The notes under the pieces: generated by a model | Databases searched by the model: none | What the model was told of the DNA's origin: nothing | The model's input: the letters and a program-made list of their open reading frames with translations, nothing else | Part shown: piece after piece, positions 34,692 through 45,500 of the stretch | Numbering within the stretch: position 1 is the stretch's first letter | Layout: every line of letters begins with the position of its first letter | Program-made: the position numbers and the translations under genes | Assembly (NCBI GenBank): GCA_024346625.1 | Contig: AP024665.1 | Span: forward strand, 1,550,001 to 1,614,000 | Length of the DNA stretch: 64,000 nt | From: Williopsis jadinii | Lineage: Eukaryota | Direction: 5' to 3'

Positions 34692-36185
34692 ATGAAATTA
34701 TCAAATTTAATCATCGGCTCAATTTTTGCAGCCCTAGCATGTTCTAATGCCGTTCCAATGAAGTTTGATGCCCTTAGAGGCAACGATCCTCATTCAGCCA
34801 AAAAGATTCCTAAGCTGTCGAAAAGAGGTGATGGCACTGTTTATGCAGATATGTTCTATGAAGGTGGTGTCATCTTTGCTTCTAGAATGGTTGTGAATGG
34901 AACCGAGGTCTTTGCTCGTCTTGATACCGGCTCAAGTGACTTTTGGGTTTATGCTCCAAATAACCCATACTGTTCTTCTAATGGAGGAGGAGAAATTGCC
35001 TTTCCAGCAGCGAGTACAACACTCTCCGTTTCATCAGAAGCTGCAACCATTGACTGCGAGGCGCGTGGAGTCCTTGATATTGATGTGGAAGTTCTTGAAG
35101 GGGATCATCCAACGTTTTTAATTGGATACGCTGATACCACTGTCGCAGCGGGAGTTTACCTTGATGGTGTTGTGACATTTGGAAATGCTACTTTGAACGA
35201 CTTTACCTTTGGTGTAGCCAATATTTCAAACAGTACTCCAATTTGTGGGTTATCATTTGAGCATACTGAGTCCACTGGTTACATTTATCAAAACTTACCT
35301 TCAGCTCTAAAACAGACTGGTCTGATTAAGAGAACAGCCTTCTCAATGTGGTTGGATGGGGAAAATGCTGAAGGTTACATTCTTTTTGGAGGAATTGATC
35401 ATTCAAAGTACGACGGCGAGCTCGTCACTCTTCCACTTATAGCTGGCCAGAACATGTCTCAGCCTAGCACATTCAATGTGAATCTCAACTCCATTGACAT
35501 ATACGATGGTGAGAGTGAAGTTGAAGTGTTGTCTAATACTACCAGTGTCTTGTTCGACTCGGGAACCTCAGAAGTTTACTTACCACCGAATGCCGTTGAA
35601 AATATAGCTGAGGCTCTGAATGCTACTTATTCAGACAGCTGGGGTCAATATCTGGTTCGCTGCCCAGAACAGAGCACGAACATAACATTTGGCTTCAACT
35701 TTGATGGTCTAAAAGTCGATATCCCACTCGAGACGTTCTTGGTCGCAACTGACTCGTCGCATAAAGAGTGTGCACTCAACATCTTTGCTGGAACTAAAGG
35801 AGTCAATTATATCTTGGGAGATGTCTTTTTGCAAGAGGTTTACGTTGTGTTTGATCTCGAAGGACTCCAGCTTAGAGTTGCACCAGTGAACAACAACAAT
35901 GATACTGCAGAAATCGAAGTTCTTGAAGCTACGAAGACACCAAGTGGTGGCTTCAACAACGAGACACTTACAGCCACAGTCTCTTGGAATGGTTTGTTAA
36001 CAACAGTAGCATTACAAGAAGCTACAGATTCTTTGTCAGATGTCCCAACATCATCTTACGGACTATCAACATCAATGACTGCTTCTGAATCTTCCTCCAC
36101 CACCAAAACTAAGAACATTGCCGTGCAAATGGTTAGAACATGCACCCTTTCCAGTCTTATTGCCTTTGTGGTGATGATGCTATAA
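34692..36185 (+). CDS. GPI-anchored yapsin-type aspartyl protease (type B)
   Basis: MKLSNLIIG signal peptide, LSKR propeptide end, LDTGSSD and FDSGTS, ILGDVFL, S/T stalk and hydrophobic tail; TATATAAA near 34607. Confidence 0.9.
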   Translation: MKLSNLIIGSIFAALACSNAVPMKFDALRGNDPHSAKKIPKLSKRGDGTVYADMFYEGGVIFASRMVVNGTEVFARLDTGSSDFWVYAPNNPYCSSNGGGEIAFPAASTTLSVSSEAATIDCEARGVLDIDVEVLEGDHPTFLIGYADTTVAAGVYLDGVVTFGNATLNDFTFGVANISNSTPICGLSFEHTESTGYIYQNLPSALKQTGLIKRTAFSMWLDGENAEGYILFGGIDHSKYDGELVTLPLIAGQNMSQPSTFNVNLNSIDIYDGESEVEVLSNTTSVLFDSGTSEVYLPPNAVENIAEALNATYSDSWGQYLVRCPEQSTNITFGFNFDGLKVDIPLETFLVATDSSHKECALNIFAGTKGVNYILGDVFLQEVYVVFDLEGLQLRVAPVNNNNDTAEIEVLEATKTPSGGFNNETLTATVSWNGLLTTVALQEATDSLSDVPTSSYGLSTSMTASESSSTTKTKNIAVQMVRTCTLSSLIAFVVMML

Positions 36186-36315
36186 GGTATCTACAACCCA
36201 TTCTTCTTCTATAGTTAGATAGAGTACTATTATAAAGAATAAATAGCGCAGCTAAGTGAGATCAATATGGCTTGTAGTGATTGTTTAATATCGTCTAAGT
36301 CATTGGTTCTCATGT

Positions 36316-37732
36316 CATTATTGGCATACAGTAGAGTCCACAATGATCTGTAACCTGGGAGACCATATTAGATAATACTGACATCATCGTACAGAACCAG
36401 CGTAAAACATAGCTACTGATGGCCGTGTTTGTGTCATCTGGTTTTGGACTAATAGACGACTGTGGCACAAAGATGGAAAACATATATGAATATCTGTTTG
36501 GAATTGTTTCCCACTTTTCCTCCTTCCCAAGTACTTTCTCCATAAACAGCTCAAGGGCATCACATCTACCACATCTACCACATCTACCGCAGTTCTTTGG
36601 ACTCAAGTCAGAAGAACAGTAGGAGTGTGATGGTGTGACTCAGGGTTTGATACCTGTGGTGATGTTGAAGGTTGATCTTGAGCGCAGAATGCCAGTGGAG
36701 GTGTGGACAGCTTCTGCTGGATGGACAGCTTTCTGTGCTCTTGAGCCACTCCTTCGACTGAACCCAGTGCTCAACCAGGTGTCATTCAGTGAGTGATATG
36801 AAGCAAGGGCTTATGAAATGAATTGTTGCCTTGTACCAGCACTACTCATATGCTAGAAGAAGCATACTGGTCTCCCTCTTGCGAAGTTGAATTACGACAA
36901 GATCATGATGAGTTGAGGACAACAGGGTGTACAAACAGCTGCTGAAACCAGCTGCTGAGCCCAAGTGGAATTCTTATGATGGTGACTTAGAACAAGCCGA
37001 GGTCTGGTCAACCTTTGCTTGTTGGAGAAACCTGATTAAGGATTTTGTTTACATGAGGAAGAGCTGCATACAGAAGGTTGATCTTGAGCGCAGAATGCCA
37101 GTGGAAGTGTGGACAGCTTCTGCTGGATGGACAGCTTTCTGTGCTCTTGTTCATTCTTCTCTGGTCCAGTTGATTGAACTCATAGGTGCCAGCATATTCG
37201 TCTACAAGCACATCACATACATCTGAGCAAGTGGATGACAATTTGGAAAGTGGTCATGGTGGAATGGTGGCATGTTGTTTGGTGATTGATGGCTGATGTC
37301 TGAGGGTTGAGACATTAGGTTTGAGGCGAGTGAAAGATGAGATCTACGACAACTCATGGTGAATTACAGTGCTCTGGTCAAGCATGGAAAGTTCACTCTG
37401 ATGGTCAGATTTCCACTTTAGTTGAGCACTTCAGTCGAGCATTAGTTAGTGTCCAGACACACGCAGAAGTTTATAGAAGTTTATAGAAGTTTATAGGACT
37501 CGGAGCACCTGGAGGGATTACATACAGATGCAGTTGTATGGTATCCACCGGGATGGTCCACCAACTAGCCTACGTAAACGATACCCAAGCCTACAATGGG
37601 GAGCCATTAGCGACAAATGGTTTCTCCATTGGAGGAAGGGTATATACTTAGGTAGGGAAGTACGTTCGTTTTAGGGCAGCACGGTACGGGCAGCACCAGT
37701 ATAATCAGAGGCCGATTTGTATGTGCCGAGTG
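36316..37732. repeat. ~1.4 kb dispersed direct repeat, copy 1 (probable degenerate mobile element)
   Basis: Aligns by eye end to end with 42331-43678. Contains (CACATCTAC)x3, (AGAAGTTTAT)x3 and an internal 77-nt duplication. No intact ORF and no target-site duplication seen. Confidence 0.9.
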
Positions 37733-38262
37733 TCTACGAAAAGCATTCGTAGTTCACCAACATCACTCTAATTACTACAACCTCTTGTTAAATGCACTTA
37801 TTTGTTTCATGCTAGTCTAAGGGAAATACATCTCCGCGACGGTGGTGTTCGGATGTCCAATCTCGTCAACGTGTGGTCCGGAAGAGATCTGATGGGTACT
37901 TCCGGTTCCGTCCGCATGTAAGTAGCTACGGGAATTTCACCGACGATGGTAGATTTGAGCAGTCAATCTTCACTTGATGAGCAAAAATGCACACTTGATG
38001 CCATGTGCGATGAGGTCTAAACAGGAGACTGCTCAATGGAGCCTAATTCCAAGGAGGTTACGAACAGGTGAGCCCGGCTTAGTTAACTTGTCTGCAGAGT
38101 CATGTCACGCTTCTGAACCCCTGCCGTGAGGCTTTATTAGAGAGATGGGTCATTGTATTACAACTTTTACAGCCCATTTTCGCCCTGCTAAAGCTGGTCA
38201 GAACTTTTCACACCTGCCACCACCACGCCTCTCGTCTTGGCGATGATGCAATGGCCTTTCTA

Positions 38263-38272
38263 CTATATATAG
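38263..38272. promoter_or_regulatory. Rlm1 box upstream of the type A yapsin
   Basis: CTATATATAG matches CTA(W)4TAG exactly, about 600 nt upstream of ATG 38876. Yapsins are known cell-wall-stress targets. Confidence 0.45.
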
Positions 38273-38561
38273 ATTAGTTTAACAAAGATGCCTCAACAGC
38301 TGGCGCATGCGTTCTAACTCGTCGAGTCCACGGTCGAAGCAATACGATTGACACTGCAAGAGGACTAGGGCTCTACAATGGAAACCAGTACACCTTCCAG
38401 TGCGTTCTGTTGATGACTCCCAGACCAACTTCTAGCACACGAAAAGGGGTGTTTCCGTGTCCAATTGGCCCCAATTGTGGTGCTTTCCTCCCGCATTAAA
38501 GCGCATTGGCTGCTACCCACGGGGGTTATTTCTCCTTGTTTCCCTTCTACGGGCTGTTCTT

Positions 38562-38599
38562 CCCAGCCTGTGCCCCCAGCCTGTGCCCCCAGCCTGTGC
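38562..38599. repeat. 13-bp tandem repeat (CCCAGCCTGTGCC)x3 in the yapsin promoter
   Basis: Read directly; the third unit is truncated. Confidence 0.9.
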
Positions 38600-38875
38600 T
38601 CCTAGCAATGCACCCTAGGGGGGATAAATTTAACTCAGGCAACACGGTTGAAATTTCCACCGGGACGGGACGAAAAAAGCAGGGAGCAACGAACAAAGTC
38701 ATAGAAGTTGTCAACTGCTCAGCCTTTCTCAGAAAAGTGTGTGTGCTTGAAGGTCGAAACTGCGATATATAATAAAAGATTAGCTCATCATTTTCCTCGG
38801 CCACCGTTGTACTGCTCTGTCATTTTTGGTTTACTTAGAGAAGCCAATACATTTATCCAGGCAGTAGGCATAGCT

Positions 38876-40849
38876 ATGAAGTTATCGAGTATTATTGCTG
38901 GTTGTGCAGGTGCATCTGTTGCGCTTGGCCAGGTCCACGTGAGCTTCGACATTCTTAGGGGAAGAGACTTCAACAGTGCTCAGAAGAGGTCATTTGGCAA
39001 AAGAGACGGTGGCATAGTGAGAGCCAACATTGAAGATGAGCAAGTGTTCTACGCTGCGAACATCACGATTTCCGGCGCTGAGTACAGCGTGCTGCTGGAT
39101 ACCGGCTCCAGTGATTTGTGGGTCTACGGTTCTACGAACCCGTACTGTTCGTCCAATAGTGGTTACAGCTCCAGTTCCAGGTCTGGTGGGTCAAGTAAAG
39201 AGAGGCTATTTGGTGCTCCAAAGCAGTTGATTGATGAGAGATTACACGGTGTTGACCCTGCTGATTTCAAAGAGCGAATTGAAGGTATCACACCTGATGA
39301 TCTGAAGGAGAGATTACATGGTGTTAATCCCGATGATTTCAAGGAGAGACTGCACGATCCTTCTCCTGAGTTCATTGGCAAGGAGAGACTTCACGATCCT
39401 TCTCCTGAGTTCATTGGCAAAGAGAGACTTCATGGTGTATCACCGGAAGATTTCAAGGAGAGAATCTTTGATACAGATCCAGAATTGATCGGCAAGGAGA
39501 GGCTCCTCGGTATTAAACCCGAGGACTTTGACTTGACTGGTTCTCCAACCCTGGAAAAGAGAGCCTTCTCAACCTCTGTTCCACGTTCTCAGGCAACTAT
39601 TGACTGTCAATCTTACGGTGTCTTTGACACTGAAACTCAAGAGTGGAGCACAGATGATCAACTATTTTTGATTCAATACGGTGATTTGACCTATGCCATT
39701 GGCTATTACGGCACTTCTGTCGTTTCATTCGGTAATGCTACGCTGGATGGATTTACATTTGCCGTTGCAAACACCTCGAACTCGAGTGTTCCAGTGTTTG
39801 GTATTGGATTTGAGGGCAATGAGGCTTCAACAAGTTCATTTATGAAAGGTTACGGTGGTCCATTCCAATATCAAAACTACCCTTCAGCTCTGAAGCAAGC
39901 TGGTCTCATAGAAACAAACTTGTATTCGATGTGGATGAACTCTGAAACCGCGGAAGGTGTTACTCTCTTTGGTGGTATCGATCATTCAAGGTACTCCGGC
40001 GACTTGGCTACAATCCCATTATTGAACTACTACAAGGACCAAGGAATAGCTCAGCCAATCACATTTGACGTTAGCCTTAACAACCTTTCTCTCTCTGATG
40101 GTGAAACTGATGTTAGTGTGCTTTCTGATTCTCAGAGTTGTCTTTTGGATTCCGGTACTTCTTTCACCTACCTCCCACAGAGTGCTGTCAGTAACATCGC
40201 CGACGCTCTCGGTGCAACTTATTACAGCAGCATTGGCTATTATGTCATGAACTGTCCAACCTCGAGTAGCGGTGTCAATTTCACTTTCTCCTTCGACTCC
40301 ATTGACATCCAAGTGCCATTGGACGAGTTCCTGGTTGCTGTCGATAGTGCTAACCAAAACTGTGCAGTTGTTACATCTGGATCGAGCCGTTGTATTCTTG
40401 GTGACACTTTCCTCAGAAGTGTCTATGTTGTCTACGACTTGGATGGTCTTCAAGTCCAAATGGCTCCAGTTAATTTGGACAACAGTGACGATGACGTTGA
40501 AATCATCGGCTCTGCTGGTCCAACTGAGAGCGATGGCGCAACTCGTACTACAAAATTAACAATGACGGTGTCTGGTTCTGTATCGGCTGTTGATTCACAA
40601 CAGATCACCAGCGAAGCCCAGGGGATTCAAAGTTCTGATGGAATTTCTGATTCTACCAATTCTGCCCAATCCGGTTCTTCTACTAGAAGATCTTCCGCAG
40701 GTGCCTCCTCTGCATCATCAGGATCTGCAACTTCAGGCTCATCTGCAACAGCTTCAAGTTCTGCTGCAACGACCTCTTCTAATATGGCTGGTCAGATTTC
40801 TTTCTTGTCATTATCTGGACTTGCTACTCTTGTCTTCATGATTCTTTGA
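38876..40849 (+). CDS. GPI-anchored yapsin-type aspartyl protease (type A) with an internal peptide-repeat array
   Basis: MKLSSIIAG signal peptide, QKRSFGKR propeptide, LLDTGSSD and LLDSGTS, ILGDTFLRSVY, Ser/Ala stalk, SSNMAG omega-like site and hydrophobic tail; repeat insert at 39197-39562. Confidence 0.92.
   Translation: MKLSSIIAGCAGASVALGQVHVSFDILRGRDFNSAQKRSFGKRDGGIVRANIEDEQVFYAANITISGAEYSVLLDTGSSDLWVYGSTNPYCSSNSGYSSSSRSGGSSKERLFGAPKQLIDERLHGVDPADFKERIEGITPDDLKERLHGVNPDDFKERLHDPSPEFIGKERLHDPSPEFIGKERLHGVSPEDFKERIFDTDPELIGKERLLGIKPEDFDLTGSPTLEKRAFSTSVPRSQATIDCQSYGVFDTETQEWSTDDQLFLIQYGDLTYAIGYYGTSVVSFGNATLDGFTFAVANTSNSSVPVFGIGFEGNEASTSSFMKGYGGPFQYQNYPSALKQAGLIETNLYSMWMNSETAEGVTLFGGIDHSRYSGDLATIPLLNYYKDQGIAQPITFDVSLNNLSLSDGETDVSVLSDSQSCLLDSGTSFTYLPQSAVSNIADALGATYYSSIGYYVMNCPTSSSGVNFTFSFDSIDIQVPLDEFLVAVDSANQNCAVVTSGSSRCILGDTFLRSVYVVYDLDGLQVQMAPVNLDNSDDDVEIIGSAGPTESDGATRTTKLTMTVSGSVSAVDSQQITSEAQGIQSSDGISDSTNSAQSGSSTRRSSAGASSASSGSATSGSSATASSSAATTSSNMAGQISFLSLSGLATLVFMIL
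39197..39562 (+). repeat. Coding tandem repeat: nine 12-13 aa units each beginning [KD]ER[LI]
   Basis: KERLFGAPKQLI DERLHGVDPADF KERIEGITPDDL KERLHGVNPDDF KERLHDPSPEFIG KERLHDPSPEFIG KERLHGVSPEDF KERIFDTDPELIG KERLLGIKPEDF...LEKR. Units 39341-39379 and 39380-39418 differ by one synonymous base. Confidence 0.95.
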
Positions 40850-42330
40850 TCACAGGATGATCTTTCACTTGAATTATCAAAAACTTCCACTGAAATAGTT
40901 TACTTAGACAAATTCCTATTCCATTTGATCTTTTAATCTCTTTTTCATTATAGCACGGTGAAGTATACAACTGTTGATGTTACCATGGAATTTTAAACAG
41001 CAGTCACTAGTTTCCTCCCCAGTGATATCCATTTTCAATAGAACAACACTCAAGTGGACCACAATGGATATAATAACTACAACATCTCAGTTCTGGATCT
41101 TTTGTCGTACTGTGGTTTAAGTCCCTAATACAATAAGATGCAATCAGATAGAAGTGAATTGAAACATGCTGTGTTGATCGTACTGTTCCTGAAGTGCTGA
41201 TCTTGAGCCTGGAGCCCGGTAAAGGTATGCCTATTACACTCTCATGATTATGTTTGGAAGAGTATAGGGTAAGAATAACACCGAGACCAACACTTATCCA
41301 AGAAACACATTGACTAGATTGATAAGACCGAGACAAGACCATCAAAATCACATAAAGATGTAGGTATCAGGTACGAATACGTCTCATTGACAACGTTCAT
41401 GGACATAGATGCAACTTTACGTAGACTTCTGTTTTAATTCTGCTTTACACTTGGAGCAGTATTGTGCGTTACAAAGTCTAAACCTTTACTGAGAAGACAG
41501 GTTTAAGTGCAGCATCAGTATCTTGTATTCAGAGTTGATCCTTTTAATTAGCATCAAGCATAATGTACAACTGCTAATGTGATCAATTAGACCAATAGAC
41601 AACATTAAGAGTGGGAATATTGATCTGCGGCACCACATGTTTTAACCATCTATACCGTTTGGGAATCTCAAAACTCAGCGTGTAAAGCAGATTTCAAGGT
41701 TTATTGGTAGTTTAAATCAGCCACTAAGAAGAGGGACAGGACTTGCTGCATAGCCTCCGACTATAGGCAATCAAACTATTAATGCTCTACAAGTATGGGT
41801 GTGTATTTGTCCAGCTTTTGGTCGATACGACAAGTCATCCATGTGGAAGACTACGGCCTTTATTCAATTCCTTATCTATAGGTTGCATGCAAACGCACAA
41901 CCTTAACACTGGCGTACATGATAATAAGCTCCAATAGGCGAATAGATGAGACTCAGATGTTACTCACAGCTACATTTTAGGAAATTGCAGTCCCGTTATC
42001 AGGGTCATGATCTGTTTCTCACGGCCTACTAACGTTATAATCCATGGAAGCTAGCATTGCATCATTTGTAGGTTCACTTCCTTTGTGGTTTTGGTAGGTG
42101 CTATGCAAAATACACGCACAGTGCTTGATTTTAGATAGAATACTATTGGTAAATATCGGTTTGAACAGCGAAGCTCCCTATAAACATCTGTAAATGATAT
42201 ACGTGTTAGCTTTCGTGAATAAGATAGGCTTGTTATTGAATATTCCACAACTCTTCGCTTATGTATTAACACCATAGATACAACGTTCTTTTACTTTGGC
42301 AAGCAACACACAAAACTGGAGTTTTGAGCA

Positions 42331-43678
42331 CATTATTGGTACACATTAGAGTCCACAATGATTGGTAACCTGGGAGACCATATTAGATAATACTGACATC
42401 ATCGTACAGAACCAGCGTAAAACATAGCTACCAATGGCCATGTTTGTGTCATCTTGTTTTGGACTAATAGACGACTGTGGCACAAAGATGGAAAACATAT
42501 ATGAATATCTGTTTGGAATTGTTTCCCACTTTTCCTCCTTCCCAAGTACTTCCTCCATAAACAGCTCAAGGGCATCACCTCTACCACAGTTCTTTGAACT
42601 CAAGCCAGAAGAACAGTAGGACTGTCACGGTGAGACTCAGGGTTTGGTGCCTGTGATGATGTTGAAGGATGATCTTGAGTGCAGAATGCCAGTGGAAGTG
42701 TGGACAGCTTCTGCTGGATGGACAGCTTTTTGTGCTCTTGAGACACTTCTTCGACTGAACCCAGTGCTCAACCAGGTGAACTCCAGAACGTGATATGAGG
42801 CAAGGACGTATGACATGAACTGTTGCATTGTACCAGCACTACTCATATGCTAGAAGATGAATACTGGTCTCCCTCTTACGAAGTTGAATTACGACAAGAT
42901 CATGATGAGTTGAGGACAACAGGGTGTACAAACAGCTGCTGAACCCAAGTGGAATTCTTATGATGGTGACTTACAACAAGCCGAGGTCTGGTCAACCTTT
43001 GTTTGTTGGAGAAACCTGATTATGGATTTTGTTCACATGAGGAAGAGCTACATACAGAAGAGGAGTTCTGATGTGTACCTTGGATGTGGAGCTTGTGTTG
43101 GAAGATGTCATACAAATTGTGGTTGCCATTGTTCATTCTTCCCTGGTCAGGATGATTGAACTCACTGGTGCCTGAATATTTGTTCACAAGCATATCCGAT
43201 ACATATAAGCAAGTGCATGGCAGTTCGGGAAGTGATGATTGAGGTCTGAGGCATGATGATTGAGGCGAGTGAAAGTTGAGATCGACGACGACTCATGGTG
43301 AATTACAGTGCTCTGGTCAAGCATGTAAAGTTCACTCTGATGGTCAGATTTCGACTTTAGTTGAGCACTTGAGTCAAGCATTAGTCTCCAGACACACGCA
43401 GAAGTTTATAGAAGTTTATAGAAGTCTATAGAAGTCTATAGGACTCGGACCACCAGGAGGGATTACATACAGATGCAGTTGTATGGTATCCACCGGGATG
43501 GTCCACCAACTAGCCTACGTAAACTATACCCAAGCCTACAATGGGGGAGCCATTAGCGACAGATGGTTTCTCCATTGCAGAAAGGGTATATGCTTAGGTA
43601 GGGAAGTACGTTCGTTTTGGGACAACACGGTACGGGCAGCACCAGTATAATCAGAGGCCAATTTGTATGTACCGAGTG
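42331..43678. repeat. ~1.35 kb dispersed direct repeat, copy 2
   Basis: Same orientation as 36316-37732; four 10-bp AGAAGT(T/C)TAT units; single CACCTCTAC unit. Confidence 0.9.
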
Positions 43679-45500
43679 CTTCTCCGTTGCGAATTTGATA
43701 GATCATACAATAATCACGAGCGATGATATATAACTAACAATTGGAAAACCATAGAATACTGAGCCAATTGAATGTTCTAAATACCAAAATCCTAGAAATT
43801 TATTAAAAAATAATAGTGCCTCCAAGGCTATACAACGAAGTCATTTATGGTACAATTGCACTGTACTAATTTTAACAGCAATTAATCAACAAGGACTTGA
43901 ATTCCACATCCCATCCCTGTAGTATTTGTGTATTTGATAGTGGAAGGAAAATACTTTGCGCTCAGAGGGTCCTATAAATAGAATTGGATCTAAGAGTTTA
44001 TCCATAGAATAACCATGATTCAATTTGGCAGCCCTCATGTCAATCATACATTGTGGCCAGCACTACATACTTGTGTCTATAATAACAACAATTCTTTGTT
44101 TTGAAAAGTTAGATCCGTGATCTCGAATGATCACTAACTGCCATGTTCTGTACTTCTGCAGTGAAGTTTGCCCACTTTTTACAGATCTGTCCTCATTGCT
44201 TAGATCTGACCACAGCTTCAGGCGATGACTACCTTGCGTATTTTCGTAAGCCTGGGACCAAAGTCAGATGGATGTGCGCAAGGTGCATGTCACATATTGG
44301 CCAAATATACAGCCTGCAGAGATCAGAATTGGTGATTTGCACCTGTTTGTACTGTTATATATTACGACTACTGTGATGAAGATTCATGAGTAGTAGTGAG
44401 ACTGCCAGAACATAAAGATTATCGAGTTGTTGAGGCATGTCTAGAGGGCCAAATGTTATGAGCCATTACGAAACATATACCAAAACAGTATATGTACAGT
44501 ATATTCTACTGCAATTTGCTCAGCATACCAAACTGCTCAAAACTGATGCCCAGTTGGTCCTAATAGGACATGTGTCTGGCGTATCGTTGGTGCATGGTGC
44601 AACAACCTTCTATAATCCGCCATTGGAAATTGATTATGAAATTATTAATCAGCATGTATACTTTTCTGTTGTCTTTCCACTTATTCGTTTCCTATAAGAC
44701 ACACAGTGAGTGTACACAGTAAACTGGACTCGGGAATGTTCCACCGCTCATTTGAAACACGAATTGTAGCTGCCCTATGATCATTTCAGTACTTGACTGT
44801 TTGCAATGCCATCCTCATTAAATGGCGCCAAATTGCTTCAACAGATGCTGCGCTCCTGCATATCATTTACAAGTTTCTATGTACAATATTACCCTTGTAT
44901 TACTCCCAAAGAATCACATGATGGGCAAGGTGACCTCATATGTCTAAGGAAGGAACTGTGATTATATCTGTATATGCTGTTTGTTATATATCCATGACTG
45001 AGGTTATACAAATATACAACTCTCGCTTGTTAGAAGTCATGCAAAATCTGATGTACAAAATGGTGGCTCAGCTCCTTGCGCATGCTTGGAAACCATAAGC
45101 TACCCTATGGCTATTACATCGTTAGTTATCGGTCCTTCTGGACATTGATCCCTTCAGATATTTGTAATGATACACGTTTGTTGATTATATCGTTTTATAC
45201 TGGAAGAAAATAGACATGGAGATGTAAAGAAGTCCTTTAATGCAAAGACCCAACTTTAAAGAACGTTGTTTGAGAAATGAACAACGCGCGAGATACATGG
45301 TAGGACACATCACAGGCAGTTTCTGCAAGTTATCACATATTTCCTTACGAACTTACGTACGAGATACATATCTTATAGTCTAAATACGACTGGAGTCTAT
45401 AGGATGACTTACAAAGCATTACATAACAGTCGCTCCTGCCAAGTTTTTTTAAGCCTTATTAACTGATTACAAGAGTTAATATTTGGCTATTCTTTCAACT

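Noticed and set aside
37465..37494. 10-bp tandem repeats, and the 39-bp coding repeats, as a CRISPR-like or telomeric array
   Set aside because: There are no spacers, the context is eukaryotic and internal, and the copy number is very low.
36316..43678. The two repeats as the LTR pair of an intact retrotransposon
   Set aside because: No TG...CA termini, PBS, PPT or TSD and no internal pol; the interior is a cellular yapsin gene.
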